Source: the human T2T-CHM13v2.0 reference genome, Homo sapiens
Direction: 5' to 3' (one strand)
Length of the DNA: 64,000 nt
Assembly: GCF_009914755.1 (NCBI RefSeq)
Contig: NC_060925.1
Positions 1 through 16,318 of this stretch are shown in pieces. The notes beneath the pieces are model-generated. The model did not search any database and was not told the DNA's origin. It worked only from the letters and a program-made list of their open reading frames with translations. The position numbers and the translations under genes were made by a program. How positions within the stretch are numbered: position 1 is the first letter of the stretch; every line of letters begins with the position of its first letter.

Positions 1-1304
1 GCCAAAAGCTATGGGCCTTGGGGGTTAGAATCCCTGCACCAAGGCCCTAAAGATAAATCAGTAAGTCTATATTGAAAAAAAAGTTTTTTTCTGATTAGAA
101 AATCTATACATATTTATTATAGAATAACTAGAACATACAGAAAGATTGTATTTTTAATTACTGATTTTGGTGGGGTTTTTTCCACTTTTTAATCTGTGTT
201 AATTTCCATAATTGAGATTGCACCCTATTTCGAATGAATACTTTAAACCAACAAGTCCTTGGTCTTGCTATCTCCGGGGAAGCACTGCCCAATGACTGTG
301 CCCCGACTCGGGCAGGCCCAGAAGACAGGTCTAAGGTTGACTTCAGTCTGCATTGGAAGCCGGGCTGCATTGTCAAGCAAGTCAGACATGCCTGGCCTGG
401 CCAGGCAGTGGTGGGAGCTGGGCAGTTCCCAACAAGGGAAAAGCTTCTGTATTTTCCCCTCTGCCCTGGCACCAAGCACACATCTCTGTCAGTGGAGGAG
501 CCTTGGTAAGTGTTGACGAGGTGACCAGCTTCCTCTCCATTAACAGGTGTGCAGAATTGTGTCTAAACCCCACAGCTCTTGTAGGGGGCATTTTGTTTGG
601 TCCTGATTAGAATAATGAACTGGGCTGATTAGAGAAAGTCCTGTGGGAGGGAAAGGTCTGCTCTCCCTGACTCTGGGGTTTCTGACCAATCTGAACAGCA
701 GGGCCCTTGGGCCAGTGGACCTGAAGGTTGGGGGAAGAGAAATGTCAGCAAGGATGGGAGTTACAGGACTGGAGGCCCAGCAGACAGGCTACATAGGGAT
801 GCAAACCCCCTGCTTCCCATTCTCTACCCAGCACCAGCCAGTTGCCGCCAGAGTATCAGAAGCTTCAAAGTGGGCTGGAACGGACAGTGGCCAAGTGTGA
901 GTGGAGCACAGTAACCACTGGCTTCTGTCTGGAGCACGTGCTCAGAAAGAGCTTCAGATACTTGGAAACTAAGCAAAAAATATCAAGCTGAAGACCCTGG
1001 AGGGTGACTCAAGCCAGAGGGCTCTAGTAGTGTTGTATCTGTCAGCAGACCTGGGGGGCCTGGGGAGGATGGGTTCTTGCCCTCTAGAGAGATTCTTGGA
1101 GTAATTCTCACCCGAAACACTATAAGCAGACCTCAAGGCTCAGATTTGTGGATGCTATTTTGGGCTTATGAAACCACTGTCGAAGACCTTATATTAAGAA
1201 TACTTGAAGTAGAAGACAAGACTGTGCCATAGGTGTGGAGCTTGGGAATCATACAGCTCTGGATTAGCACTACTAGGGTCAGAGCCAGAAGGAGAGGAGG
1301 CACT

Positions 1305-1522
1305 CAACAGAATCTAGTCTGGAATCTAGTCTGAGTGTACTAGCTGTGGCAGTGTGCAAGCAATGTATTTTCTCTGAGCTTCCGTTTTCTCATCTGTAAC
1401 ATGGAGATACTTAATAATGGCATTGATCTCACAGGGTGGTTTTAAGCACTTAATATATAATAGATATTAAGTATTTAACATAAGGCCTAGCACAAAATAA
1501 GTGCCCTAAAAAAAGTATTAGT
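1305..1522 (+). mobile_element. MIR SINE fragment
   Basis: MIR core 'tctctgagcttccgttttctcatctgtaacatggagata' and 3' part 'cctagcacaaaataagtgccc'; boundaries approximate. Confidence 0.75.
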
Positions 1523-2718
1523 CTGACTGATAGTGTTTTCTGAGGTGCCATGTGGAACTCAAGGTGAATGAGCTCTTACCATCAGAAGTGTATGATATGA
1601 CTCTCCTGGGTAATTCATAAGCATGGGATGGAATTGGTTTTTATAAAAATCTATGATGTCAGTTCCTGGAGCAGTGTCCTCCGAAGCTGAGAAAATGGCC
1701 TTAATTGACCACCACTGAGCAGGGTAAAATGGCAGCTGGGAGCAATGGGATCTGTTTGCACCCTTTCGCTCCACACATTTTCCCCTGGCACTGCTGCACT
1801 TGAATTTGCAAAGAGTAGCATTTTTTTTTCAACATTTCTATAGGCTGGGCCTGGGAACATAGGGTCCATCAGGCCCTTCTTCTCTAAGCAGTGAGTAAGG
1901 TGAAAAACAATGCTGAGAGTTTCAGGGCATTATTGGGGTTAAACAGCTGTCACAATGCAGGAAGCCATAGCTTCCATGGTGCCTATGGCCTTGCATCATT
2001 GGGATAAGGCCAGGATTACAGACCTGGGTGGGCCTCAGTCTCTACCACCTGTAAGGCCAGGGTTCTTTAAACCATGACTTGCCTCCATGCTGTTGTTGGG
2101 TCCTAAATCAACCTGGAACTGGACCTTTGGCTGCTAGAGGAAGCTGTAACAGGAGCCTGCTGAGGTCAGGGAGACTCAGCCTCCAAGAGAGCGCAGCGTC
2201 TGTATTCTTCTAATTTAGTTACCTCAAGGGATGAAGTGTTTGGAGTGGTAGATTCCCTGAGTAGTCTGGAGAGGACACTTTTATGGCCATACAAAGATGT
2301 GCTTAAGGAAGAAGCACATCTCTATGGATAATATTAGCAACATGAGGCGAGGTCTAATTTGCCTTTGAGGGGTGTTGCTTCTTGCTCCTGGGATACTGGG
2401 GTGCTGCGTTTGCTCCCCTGCCTGAATCTACCGGGGCTGCAGTAGTCCACTGTAGGTGCTGTCGCTGCTTCCCATGCCAGCCTCTGCACTCTTATGACTC
2501 ACAGGGATGGATGAGGAGGTGGTGCAACTGCCCTTCTCTCCTCCTTTAGTGCAACCTCAGGAGAGCTTGCAAAGTTTCCACGGGCAGAACTTGAAAGTGA
2601 CAAGACTGACCTGATGCATCTCTGAATCTCCCTAGTCAGATACAAATCATAGCCTTTGTTGTTTATGCCAGGACACTCTGGCTCAAGGAAGTCCTGTTTC
2701 ATCATGGCCAATTTAGAA

Positions 2719-3182
2719 AAGGGATGTTCAAGCACTTTTACTCTATTGACCATAAAGATACATGTTACTCCGTAACCTAATACCTAATACATCTGTAATT
2801 ATTGTCTAATGTGTGTTTATATCTATACACGCGTGTGTGTGTATATATATATATATACAGGTGTGTGTGTATATATATAATATATATAAAATATAAATAT
2901 ATAAAAAATATATTATATATATAAAATATATTATATATATATTATATATATGAAACCAAAGTTTCACAGAAGAATATTTACCTTTACTAAATGCCATGGA
3001 TTCTAAAATCTTCTGATCCCTAGTCTGATGTGTTCTCCATTGCACCACTGACCTGCACAATGCCATGCATTCTAATATAATTTATTTGTTCTATTCTCCT
3101 TAAAAAAAAATACAGGTTGTCACCCACTTAATAGGTTTCATGACCCACCAAGACATAACAACCCACAGCTCAAAAATCATTG
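2719..3182. mobile_element. hAT-Charlie DNA transposon fossil (Charlie4a-like) with internal (TA)/(TG) expansion
   Basis: 'tgaaaccaaagtttcacagaagaatatttacctttact' and terminus 'tttcatgacccacc...aacccacagctcaaaaatcattg' resemble recalled Charlie4-type consensus; flanked by NTYYAGAN-like 8-mers. Confidence 0.55.
2810..2951. repeat. (TG)n/(TA)n microsatellite
   Basis: Directly visible TG and interrupted TA arrays. Confidence 0.95.
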
Positions 3183-3190
3183 CTCCAGAG

Positions 3191-3514
3191 CAGCACTGTC
3201 CAATGACTATACAAGTCAGTGAGTGTGAGCCATGTATGTAATTTTAAATTCTCTAGTAGCCACACTAAAGAGGTAAAAATAAGCAGGTGAAATGAATTCT
3301 GATAATATATTTCATATAGCAAAAAATTTTTATATAGCTAAATATTATTATTTTGACATGAAATCCATATAAAAATTATGAGTGATGTATGTTGCTTTTT
3401 TATACTAAGTCTTTGAAATCTGGTATGTATTTTTACACTCACAGCACAGGATTAGGCACATTTCAGTGCTCAATGGTCCCATGTGGCTGGTGTCTACAGT
3501 GTTGGGCAGGGTAG
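3191..3514. mobile_element. MER33 (hAT-Charlie MITE), near full length
   Basis: Starts cagcactgtccaat, ends gttgggcagggtag; internal 'aattttaaattctctagtagccacac' and 'tactaagtctttgaaatctgg'; 8-bp TSD ctccagag (3183-3190) / ctttagag (3515-3522). Confidence 0.85.
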
Positions 3515-3620
3515 CTTTAGAGGCTAGTTCATGAAGAAGAACCAAGTGTTTATCATGGTTTATTTTTTATTATTTTTTATTTTTTATCATGGTCTTTACA
3601 GGTATATGAGAAGTGTTTTG

Positions 3621-3902
3621 TTTCCTTCCTTCCTTCCTTCCTTCCTTCCTTCCTTCCTTCCTTCCTTCCTTCCCTTCTTCCCTCCTTCTCTCTTTCTTTT
3701 CCTTCCTTCCTTCCTTCCTTCCTTCCCTTCTTCCCTCCTTCCCTCTTTCTTTCCCTTTCTTCCTTCCTTCCTTCCTCCCTTCCCTCTTTTTTCCTTCTTT
3801 CCTCCCTCCCTTCCCTCTTTTTTCCTTCCTTCCTTCCTTCCTTCTTCCCTCCCTTCTTCGCTTCCTTCCTTCCTTCCTTCCTTCCTTCCTTCCTTCCTTC
3901 CT
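3621..3902. repeat. Compound (TTCC)n/(GGAA)n polypyrimidine tract
   Basis: (TTCC)13 at 3622-3673 and (TTCC)10 at 3862-3901; a single purine (G3860) in ~280 bp. Confidence 0.98.
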
Positions 3903-4389
3903 GTCTCCATTTCCCAGGCACTTCCCTCCCAGCACCAAAAAATGCATTACAGCAGAATGGGTTTCGGATTGGTGTCTAGATTTTTAGATAAAAATCCTAT
4001 CTTTTTGTAGCTTTCAGGAACAGTTGAGGGGAAAGTTAAGAAGATAGACATTCTACTTCTTTAAGTAACCTCAAGATGTGTAAGTTGGTGAATTCAGCAA
4101 ACAATTATTGAATAGCTATTATGTATCAACAGTAAACCAATGCCTTGGCATCTAAGGGAATTTTTAGGGAAGCTTTTCATCAGATCTAGAAGATAATTTG
4201 GTTAGGGCTTGTCCCTCTTTGTCCTTAATGGTCTTCCTTTTTAATTCTTGCTGTACTAGAGGCTGCGTATCCCTGTATGCCTACTGCTGACCAGCATCTC
4301 CTACTCATGGCGTAAATCTGGTGAGACATGGCTGAGGGAACTGATATAAGCTACTATGGCTGGGTTTCAAATCCTGCTAAGTTTATTAT

Positions 4390-4580
4390 TGTTAATGATG
4401 ACAGGACTTGCAGCTGACATTTACATAAGCCTTCAAAATTAAAACTTGCTTAAAAATACATCATCTAATTCAATTTTCTAAGCAACCCTGGAAGTCGAAG
4501 TTATTATTGTCATCTTCATATTATATATGAGAAAATTAAAGCTTAGGGAGGTTAAGTAAATTGTTCGAGATTACACATTT
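4390..4580 (-). mobile_element. MIR fragment
   Basis: 'tatatgagaaaattaaagcttagggaggttaagtaaattgttcgagattacaca' matches reverse MIR core. Confidence 0.7.
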
Positions 4581-5324
4581 GTTCAAATCAACATATGTTT
4601 TTTGAGCACCTACCAGGCATAATATTATATGTTGGCCATATAACATGGAATAAAGTGTCCACCATTGGTTGAATTCTGACTCAAATACAAATCTCTTTAG
4701 TTTGAATTTCAAGCTTTTTTCCCCCTGTGCTGCACGATTCTCATTTTACGTAAGTGGAAATGCTCACCAACTACTCTTAGTTTATTCTTGGTTTGACATG
4801 ACTCATTTGTCTGTCATCTATCATCACTTACTTAAACAATTAACTGGATATCCAGGGATAGAATCCATTCTGCTTTCCCCATTTAGGGACTCCCTTTAAA
4901 CTCATTTGGGACCTGAAAAATTAGGCACCCCTCCCTTGGGTTTTGAGTCTTCTAGTTATACATTTGGTCCAAATAAAGCAGAAATCAGAGCCAAGGATTT
5001 AAGAGTTTCATCCTTCCATTTTATAGCTCAGTCCTCAGAAGGATATTTTCATGGTGCTCTAGAATATTCTATGATATGGGTTGTGATTAGAAGCAAAGCA
5101 AAGGGAGAAAAAAGTATCTGTAAGGGGTTCCTTGTGTCAAATAAATTAAAGAATCATAGAATTAAATAGCATTAGATTTCTTTACAGAAGAAATTTTCAG
5201 TCTTTAACATGCAAACATGATTTGTGAATCATTAAGATAGATATAGATGTATATGTAAATATAGATTTAGAATTGATATATAGATAAAGATACAGATTAT
5301 AAATATAGATAAATGCAGAAATGG

Positions 5325-5522
5325 GAGGCAGCATCAAGTGGTATTAAAAGAACAGATTCTAAACCTGGACTGCCAGAGTGAATCCTGACTCCAATAGTTG
5401 CTCTCTTGTTTCAGTTTCCTCATCTGTGAAATGGGCAAAATAGAGTTGTGATGATTAATTTAACTAATACCTACAAATCACTTAGAACAGAACCTATGAC
5501 ATGATCAGTGTTCAGTAACTAC
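5325..5522 (+). mobile_element. MIR fragment
   Basis: 'tttcagtttcctcatctgtgaaatggg' MIR core. Confidence 0.75.
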
Positions 5523-7883
5523 TACATGAAAATACTAGTATCTAGCTGAATTTGGCATGCAGAGAATCCTGAATGTAAAACCAAAGGGCCTTCTTTTAAA
5601 TAGCATCTTATGAGATTAATATTACATGAAACACTCTTTGTAAAGTGCTTCCCAAGGATGTAGAGCACAGGTTGGAATAGGTGGAGAAACTGGGTAGGGT
5701 CTAGAATATGGAAGAAGAGTTTTGTATAATGTCACTGATGGAGGAAAGATGTTTTCTCTGGAAGAATTTGATCCTTGCCATTGTAGTCTCATCACCAAGA
5801 AGGCACAGGTTGGTAGCCCAAAAGCCCAGAAGCCCAGGGTTAGCAAATAAGTGATATGCGTGTCTTTACTTCTGAGTTTTCCCTCATGACAGACATTGCT
5901 AATTGATCACAGCACACTCGCCTGCCAACCTTCTCACAGTACTTTGTGTAACTTTACAAAAATGATGGAATATGTATGTGAGATACAGCCTATTTTATAT
6001 CTATTATATAATATATCTATTATATAGATATAATATAGATAATGATAACATTATAATATAGATAATGATATTATATCTATTATCATTTAGTGGTGAAAAA
6101 TGTGGCAGTACTTCACCACAACTGTTTCTGAAACCCCAAGCAATAGTTTGGACAACAAATTCTATTGCACCAACAAATTCTCAGCCAGCTTTGTTTAGAA
6201 TTGACTCTGCTTAGAGCCTGAGGAAGTTAAATAATGGCCAAAGTAATGGCAGTCATAGTAATAGTAAAAGTGAGAAAGAAATTGCTGAATGGTAACCTAG
6301 ATGACTCTTAAGAATTAACTCCTTCAGTAGGAATTAAGTCAGGCATCCTGTAATCAGAATTAGACAACAATCTAAATGAGAACATTTGTTTTCTCATATT
6401 GCAGGCTAGGAAGATCATTCTAGTGGTTGAAATCATGCTATGTCCTGGAATATTTCCCACTACTCTCACTCCCATCTCTATGCACTTTCAATGAGTACAG
6501 ACTCCAAGACATGGAATCAGAAAGCAGAATTTAGAGATCACCTTACACCTTTTTATCTGACAGGTGAGAAAAACCAGTTCTTAGCGGTAGAGCTGAGATT
6601 AGAATGTAGGTCTCCTAAATCCTGGTTCCATGCTCCTTCCACTGTAGAACCTTCCTCCTTCAATGCTGGCTGATACTTCTCCTTTACATCCAAAGATAAC
6701 CATGTTTTTCACTGAAATATTTCAAGTTTCTTCTCTGCTTTCCTCTCACTGTCTTTAGATAAAACTTGTTTTGATCTACCATATAGACAAGAGGGCTCAG
6801 GGAAACATCATTACTTAAAGGAAAATTATTACTGCAATAATGGGTTGTTTTATATTTTGTAGTAAAAAATATAATTTTCTATGGAAAGGAAAATTTTGTT
6901 TTAACTATTTAAAGTATTTTGGAGTCTATCTGAGGTCCAATTTGGGCATCCTTATGTTGCATATCTATACATGGGCTGGGGGAGATATTTGACCTCATCA
7001 TCTGCTTTTTCTCATAACAGTACCTATTCCAGGGACGGAATCTTTCACGGCTCCACACAGGGCCCAGGGAGCAGCCTGCGTTTTGCATAATCATCTGCAT
7101 GACATTCAGCACTGGACATTCTAAAACTGCCTTCTCATTTGGGGACCATACCAAATGGACCTTTAGGGAGGAATAAATCAATTGGGAGAAAAATCCGAAC
7201 CTGAATCCTTTCCTTGGAAGTTTTAAAATATAAATTTGTTATGAAAAGTATTTAAGTTTTCATCTCAACTATGTGGTGCTGAGAAACAATAGACATGTTC
7301 TCATGTATTTATCTAACAAGCATTATCAAGTGCCTACCATGTGTAGACAGCACTGTCCTTGGTGGTGATAATAATGTAAAACAGATTTAAGAACACAATC
7401 TGTTCTACACCAACTTAGCTTAAATTCTCACTAAGGTGATACCATAGGTGAGATCCCCACCTTTTTCCTCTTCTCTCCCTTCTATGGGGGGTTGAACTAG
7501 CATCCAATCAGTCCTTTAGATCCTAGGAAGCTCCAGAGTAAAACTAGCTTACTTGGAGTGGGCACCATTTCTCCTAGGTGGCCAGGAAAGCTTCCACTGA
7601 CAATAACTTTTTTTTTTTTTTTTGTAATGGGGCCAGGCCTCAGGCAGAGGAGGAAGAACCCATGCTTTCCAGCACAGTCACAGAGAAAGAGTAGTGGTCA
7701 TGGTGGTAGTCTTCTGGTCCCTCAAGGGCAGAGCCAGAAAGCTGATGAAAACAGATGCTTGTGAATGGTGATTACTTCTAGGCAACCTAGTAAGAGGATC
7801 AGCCAGTCTTCAGCTCTCACAGGGGTGGAGGCAGGGGGCAGGGGGCTGTCTGCATTCATTTCTCTTGTTTATGGACCATAATA

Positions 7884-7902
7884 TCTCTCTCTCTCTCTCT
7901 CT

Positions 7903-7935
<33 letters not shown>
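7884..7935. repeat. (CT)n microsatellite
   Basis: Directly visible. Confidence 0.95.
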
Positions 7936-7937
<2 letters not shown>

Positions 7938-8754
7938 TGTCTCTGCAGGCTACTGATGGAGGTAAGAACACCAATGTATCTTCTTCCAAGGCTTGAGACC
8001 TTGTTTCCCCAGCTGGCAAGATATAAGAAGGCATCATGCGTGAGCCTCTGCCTGTGGGGAGGGGGCCAGGGATATGGGGTTGCTGACTGGGAGTGTTGAA
8101 GCAGGGCCTGCACATCACAGGTGGAGGAGGCATCCACAGAGGACAATCTGTCCCAGAGGCGGGTCTACAAGGGGTCATCTAAGTGAATGGCAACATCGAC
8201 CCTTGAGATGCTGACCCTATAGTAAAGAACTCTGAGAATTGTCTGGTGAAAGCTGATGGCCAAAGCTAGCCAAAAGGTAGGGGACCTGACTGGTCCCATT
8301 TTCTAGGCATTGCAGGAGAAAAGACTGGAACAACTGTGGTTAGAAGTAATAGCAGGGAGCCCAGCACCAAGGAATACACAGAAGAAAACCCTCAGCTCCA
8401 GAACCAGGAATCTAAAACTTGCCCAGGCAGCAAAAGTCACCCCTAAGGATAGAAAACGGGCACCCGGTAACACCTGCATTACATTTTCCTTTCCCTTCTT
8501 TCTATAGCCTTTTCTTTATTTCTTCCTTGTTCTTGTTCCCCATTATTTTTCCTACACGACTTTCTTTCTTACTTTCCTTCTTTCATTTTCTTTTCCTTCT
8601 CTGCTCCATCTTTCCTTTCTTCTTTCAGTTTTCCCATTATTTCAAGGCTTGCTCCTCTTGCTGAGTATTTTTTTTTATTGCTTTATGTTCTATGGTATTG
8701 TATTAGGAGCCTAGGGGCCTCTGCTCTGCTCCTCATATGCTTATAACCTAAATG

Positions 8755-9291
8755 GAGCCGAGACTGCTGGACTTCACCCAATATTCACTCTCCTCTTCTC
8801 TTTTGGTGGCAAACACATAATGTTATTTGGGGTCATACTGCATTCAACTCAAAGACTGCATATCCCAGTCTTTCTTTTTAGGAGTGGCCAGGTAATCAAG
8901 GGAAGGTCAATGAGATGTAAGTTGATTATAATGTGGGACTCAGAAAGTTGACCAGCTGTGAAATGTAGGAGCTGACCACCTGATAATTGCACCCTTTTTG
9001 CCCTTTCATCTTCCTTCTTCCTGTTGACTGGAGCATGGGCATGATGGCTGGAGCTCCAGAAGCCACCTTGGACTATGCAGTGAATGTGAGGATGAAAGCT
9101 ACACAATCAGAGGAGTAGAGAGAAGACAGAAGGAGCCTGGGTTATGTTGACACTATGTGTCCACAATACTAGTGCTGAACTGGATGTCTCTGGACTTCCT
9201 ATACATGACAGAGAAATAAATTTCTATATTGTTAAGCCATTGATACCTCCAGTCTCTGTGATTATAACTGAACCCCGCCCTAGTTGATTCA
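8755..9291 (+). mobile_element. MLT1J-like ERVL-MaLR solo LTR
   Basis: 'atgatggctggagctccagaagccaccttggactatg', 'gacagaaggagcctggg', 'gagaaataaatttctatattgttaagcca' typical of MLT1J/K. Confidence 0.75.
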
Positions 9292-10449
9292 CTAACCTCA
9301 TCAAAAAATATTTCACATGCTCCACTATCCCCTCTTCGGTCTTCACTATCAAGGAGTACTTGATGCTTTGAGGGTGACCTGGGCACCATCATGTTAGATG
9401 GCTCATCTTAAGCAATGTAGCATCTCTCACTCTGTTCTCCATCCAACAAACCCTTCACAGAAACAACATGGGACTTTGGGGAGTTAGGGGATGTCACAGC
9501 TGAAGGCCTGTGTCCTTTGTACTTGCAGTAGAGCCTCCTACAGAAGTGTCATATGGAGAAGCAAAGGCAATCTGTCTGAGGCTGTCAGTTACTGTCCAGG
9601 ACCTTGGGCAAGGCAACAATTTATGAGATGCCTTTGACTCTGAGTGTAGGAGAGGGCTTCATCAAGCAGACTTTGCTGGCTGTGTTGTATGTACATTCAT
9701 AAAGTGATTTACAGTTCCCTTGGAAACATGAAAAAGTTTGGGTCTAAATTTAGAGTGTTCACTCTGAGCTGATGTAATAAGCTCAAAGAATATTCAGAAT
9801 GAAGAAACAGGGGACAATTCACCCATCAATCTATAAACATCAAGCCCATCCATTGCGTCACGGAGACCACAGTTGCTCCTTCAGGAGGTTAGTACCCCGC
9901 TTGCTCCTCACAGTCAAAGGACAGAGGGGAGGTGACTACTTTTCTGCCTGCTCTAGGAACTCTGGTCCTCAATGCATTATTTTTTGGTTTACTCCTTTGC
10001 CTTCTCAGTTGTGTGAGGCCCCATGACATTTGCCATCTGTCTTCTGTTAAATTTTCTTGCAAAGTGTCTCAGTGTGTGGTCCCAAGGAACCAGCATGCAA
10101 AGCTCTGGATGCGGCCAGATTGCATTTTCAAGATTCGTCCACATGCTGGTTTCCTAGGAAGGTTCTGACAGCCTGTGAGATAATGCACATCCATTTCCAG
10201 AGAGCAGGCGTGAGGCAGAGCACTGGAAGGAATGAAAGCTCCAGAGAAGCTCCACCTTTTATGTTAGCATATGGGGTGTCGACTGTCCCTGGGAACACAA
10301 TTCCTTCCCTGGGCCTGATAATGGATCACCTCTTGCCTGAATTGGAGATGAGTCCTCCAACTGATATTGCTCTGCTTCCTGTATGTCGCCCTCCCAGCCA
10401 TTCTCCAGATGGTTGGAGAGAGGATCTGGCCAGCACCGCGGCTGCTCGC

Positions 10450-10468
10450 TGGCACCCCCTACTGGCCT
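10450..10468 (-). promoter_or_regulatory. Candidate CTCF binding motif
   Basis: Minus strand AGGCCAGTAGGGGGTGCCA vs consensus TGGCCACCAGGGGGCGCTA; several retained CpGs nearby. Confidence 0.5.
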
Positions 10469-10574
10469 GTAACACTGTGACCTTCCCGCCATTTGCCCTG
10501 GAGTTGATACATTGTCCATATTAATTCAAAAAAAGTTTATCAAGTTACTGAATAAAACCACGTTGAAACCTTGA

Positions 10575-11058
10575 AATGTCTCCCCAACATCTATATTCCA
10601 AGCTCATTAACTCGACAATAAAAGTGGTCTACGATATGACTCTGTTTAGGCCCCCAACCTTACCTCTTACCACTCCTGGCCCCTTGATTTATGCCCGGGA
10701 ATACGGTATGTGTGTTTCTCCCTATTTCAGTTCCTACCGTGTTTTGGTACACAGCATGGAGTTTCTGAATTCTCTGAATTTGCTCCTGTTGCTCCTCTGC
10801 TAAAGAACCCTTGACAATTCTTGGTTCCTTACTTTCACCCCATCACATGCACCTTACCTCACTAACTCTTTAATTTTGAGACTCTGATATCACCTCTTCC
10901 AGGTTGCTTTCCATGATCCTCACCAGGCTAGGGTAATAGTTTCTCCTTTTCACTCCCACAGCCAGCACTCTGTCATTGCACTTTTACGTTGCCTTGGTAA
11001 TATATTCTTATATTTCTGTCTTCTCTGTTAGACTGTGAGCTCCTTAAGGACAAGGACT
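10575..11058 (+). mobile_element. L2 LINE 3' region, left part (continues at ~17096-17190)
   Basis: 'tctgtcttctctgttagactgtgagctccttaaggacaaggact' is the L2 3' end, interrupted at this point. Confidence 0.7.
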
Positions 11059-11062
11059 TAAT

Positions 11063-11684
11063 TGAGTTGGGAAACTGTTGGAGAGTTACGAGCAGAGGAG
11101 TGACATGATCTGAAGTATGTTTTGAAAGATCACTTGGCTGCTTATGCAGAATGGTCTCATGGGTTGGGGAGGGGTGCAAGTTGGAAGCAGAAATACCAGT
11201 TAGGACGGGGGTGAGACATGAAGGTGGCTTGAACCTGGGTGGTAGTGGAAGAACAAGTATGTCATGGTCAGATTCTAGATACATTTTGAAGGAAGAATTA
11301 ATGGGATTCCAGCCTGATGGATTGATAGTTGGTGAGAGAAAGAAGGAAGTAAAAGATAGTGCCAGATATTTTGGTCTGTGGAAATAGAAGATTGACATTC
11401 CATTAACTATGATGGGAAAGACCACGGAGGATCAGGTTTAGAACACGGAGTAATTAAAGGCTCAACTGGGGACATATGAAATTTGAGATAGCGATTAGAA
11501 TTCCAGGAAGTCATACTGAGGGGAACGTTGAATATACGAATCTGGAATTCAAGGGAGAAGTTGGGCTGGAGATGTAAATTTGGTGAATATTCATGGAAAT
11601 GAGCGGCGTGAGTGTAGGAGGAGAAAAGAAGGATTCCAAGGACTGATCCCTGTGACACATCAGCATTTAGACAGTTCATTGATG
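11063..11684 (-). mobile_element. L2 fragment, left part (host of the L1 insertion)
   Basis: 'gagcagaggagtgacatgatctga', 'cagattctagatacattttgaagg', 'tgggctggagatgtaaatttgg' are antisense L2a-type motifs. Confidence 0.8.
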
Positions 11685-11739
11685 TTAGCTGGTTATTTTG
11701 CTCGTTAGTTGATGCAGTTTCTTCCTAGCCTTGATGCCT

Positions 11740-12504
11740 TTACAAATTGGCATGTTTTTGCAGTGGCTGGTACCGGTTGTTCCTTTCCATGTTTAGTGCT
11801 TCCTTTAGGAGCTCTTTTAGGGCAGTTCTGGTGGTGACAAAATCTCTGAGCATTTGCTTGTCTGTAAAGGATTTTATTTCTCCTTCACTTATGAAGCTTA
11901 GTTTGGCTGGATATGAAATTCTGGGTTGAAAATTCTTTTCTTTAAGAATGTTGAATATTGGCCCCCACTCTCTTCTGGCTTGCAGAGTTTCTGCTGAGAG
12001 ATCAGCTCTTAGTCTGATGGGCTTCCCTTTGTGGGTAACCTGACCTTTCTCTCTGGCTGCCCTTAACATTTTTTCCTTCATTTCAACTTTGGTGAATCTG
12101 ACAATTATGTGTCTTGGAGTTGCTCTTCTCGAGGAGTATCTTTGTGGCGTTCTCTGTATTTCCTGAATCTGAACGTTGGCCTGCCTTGCTAGATTGGGGA
12201 AGTTCTCTTGGATAATATCCTGCAGAGTGTTTTCCAACTTGGTTCCATTCTCCCCGTCACTTTCAGGTACACCAATCAGACATAGATTTGGTCTTTTCAC
12301 ATAGTCCCATATTTCTTGGAGGCTTTGTTTGTTTCTCTTTATTCTTTTTTCTCTAAACTTCTCTTCTTGCTTCATTTCATTCATTTCATCTTCCATCACT
12401 GATACCCTTTCTTCCAGTTAATCGAATCGGCTACTGAGGCTTGTGCATTTGTCATGTAGTTCTCTTGCCTTGGTTTTCAGCTCCATCAGGTCCTTTAAGG
12501 ACTT

Positions 12505-12505
<1 letters not shown>
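11740..12505 (-). pseudogene. L1 ORF1p remnant (distal coiled coil, RRM, CTD), inverted segment
   Basis: 219-aa frame with WDYVKRPNL, RATPRHIIVRFTKVEMKEKMLRAAREKG, YPAKLSF and the natural stop; N-terminus missing. Confidence 0.95.

Positions 12506-16318
<3,813 letters not shown>

Noticed and set aside
1310-1333. 12-bp tandem duplication gaatctagtctg
   Set aside because: Trivial slippage event at a MIR edge
2287-2327. Hairpin AGATGTGCTT-N7-AAGCACATCT with an outer ccata/tatgg extension as a miRNA or terminator
   Set aside because: Too short for a pre-miRNA, and a 10-bp stem with a short loop is expected roughly once by chance in 64 kb
3531-4010. Long FLPS- and RKEG-repeat ORFs (also 22821-23498, 34976-35422, 56177-56530, 60115-60633)
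   Set aside because: Stop-poor translations of simple repeats or low-complexity DNA
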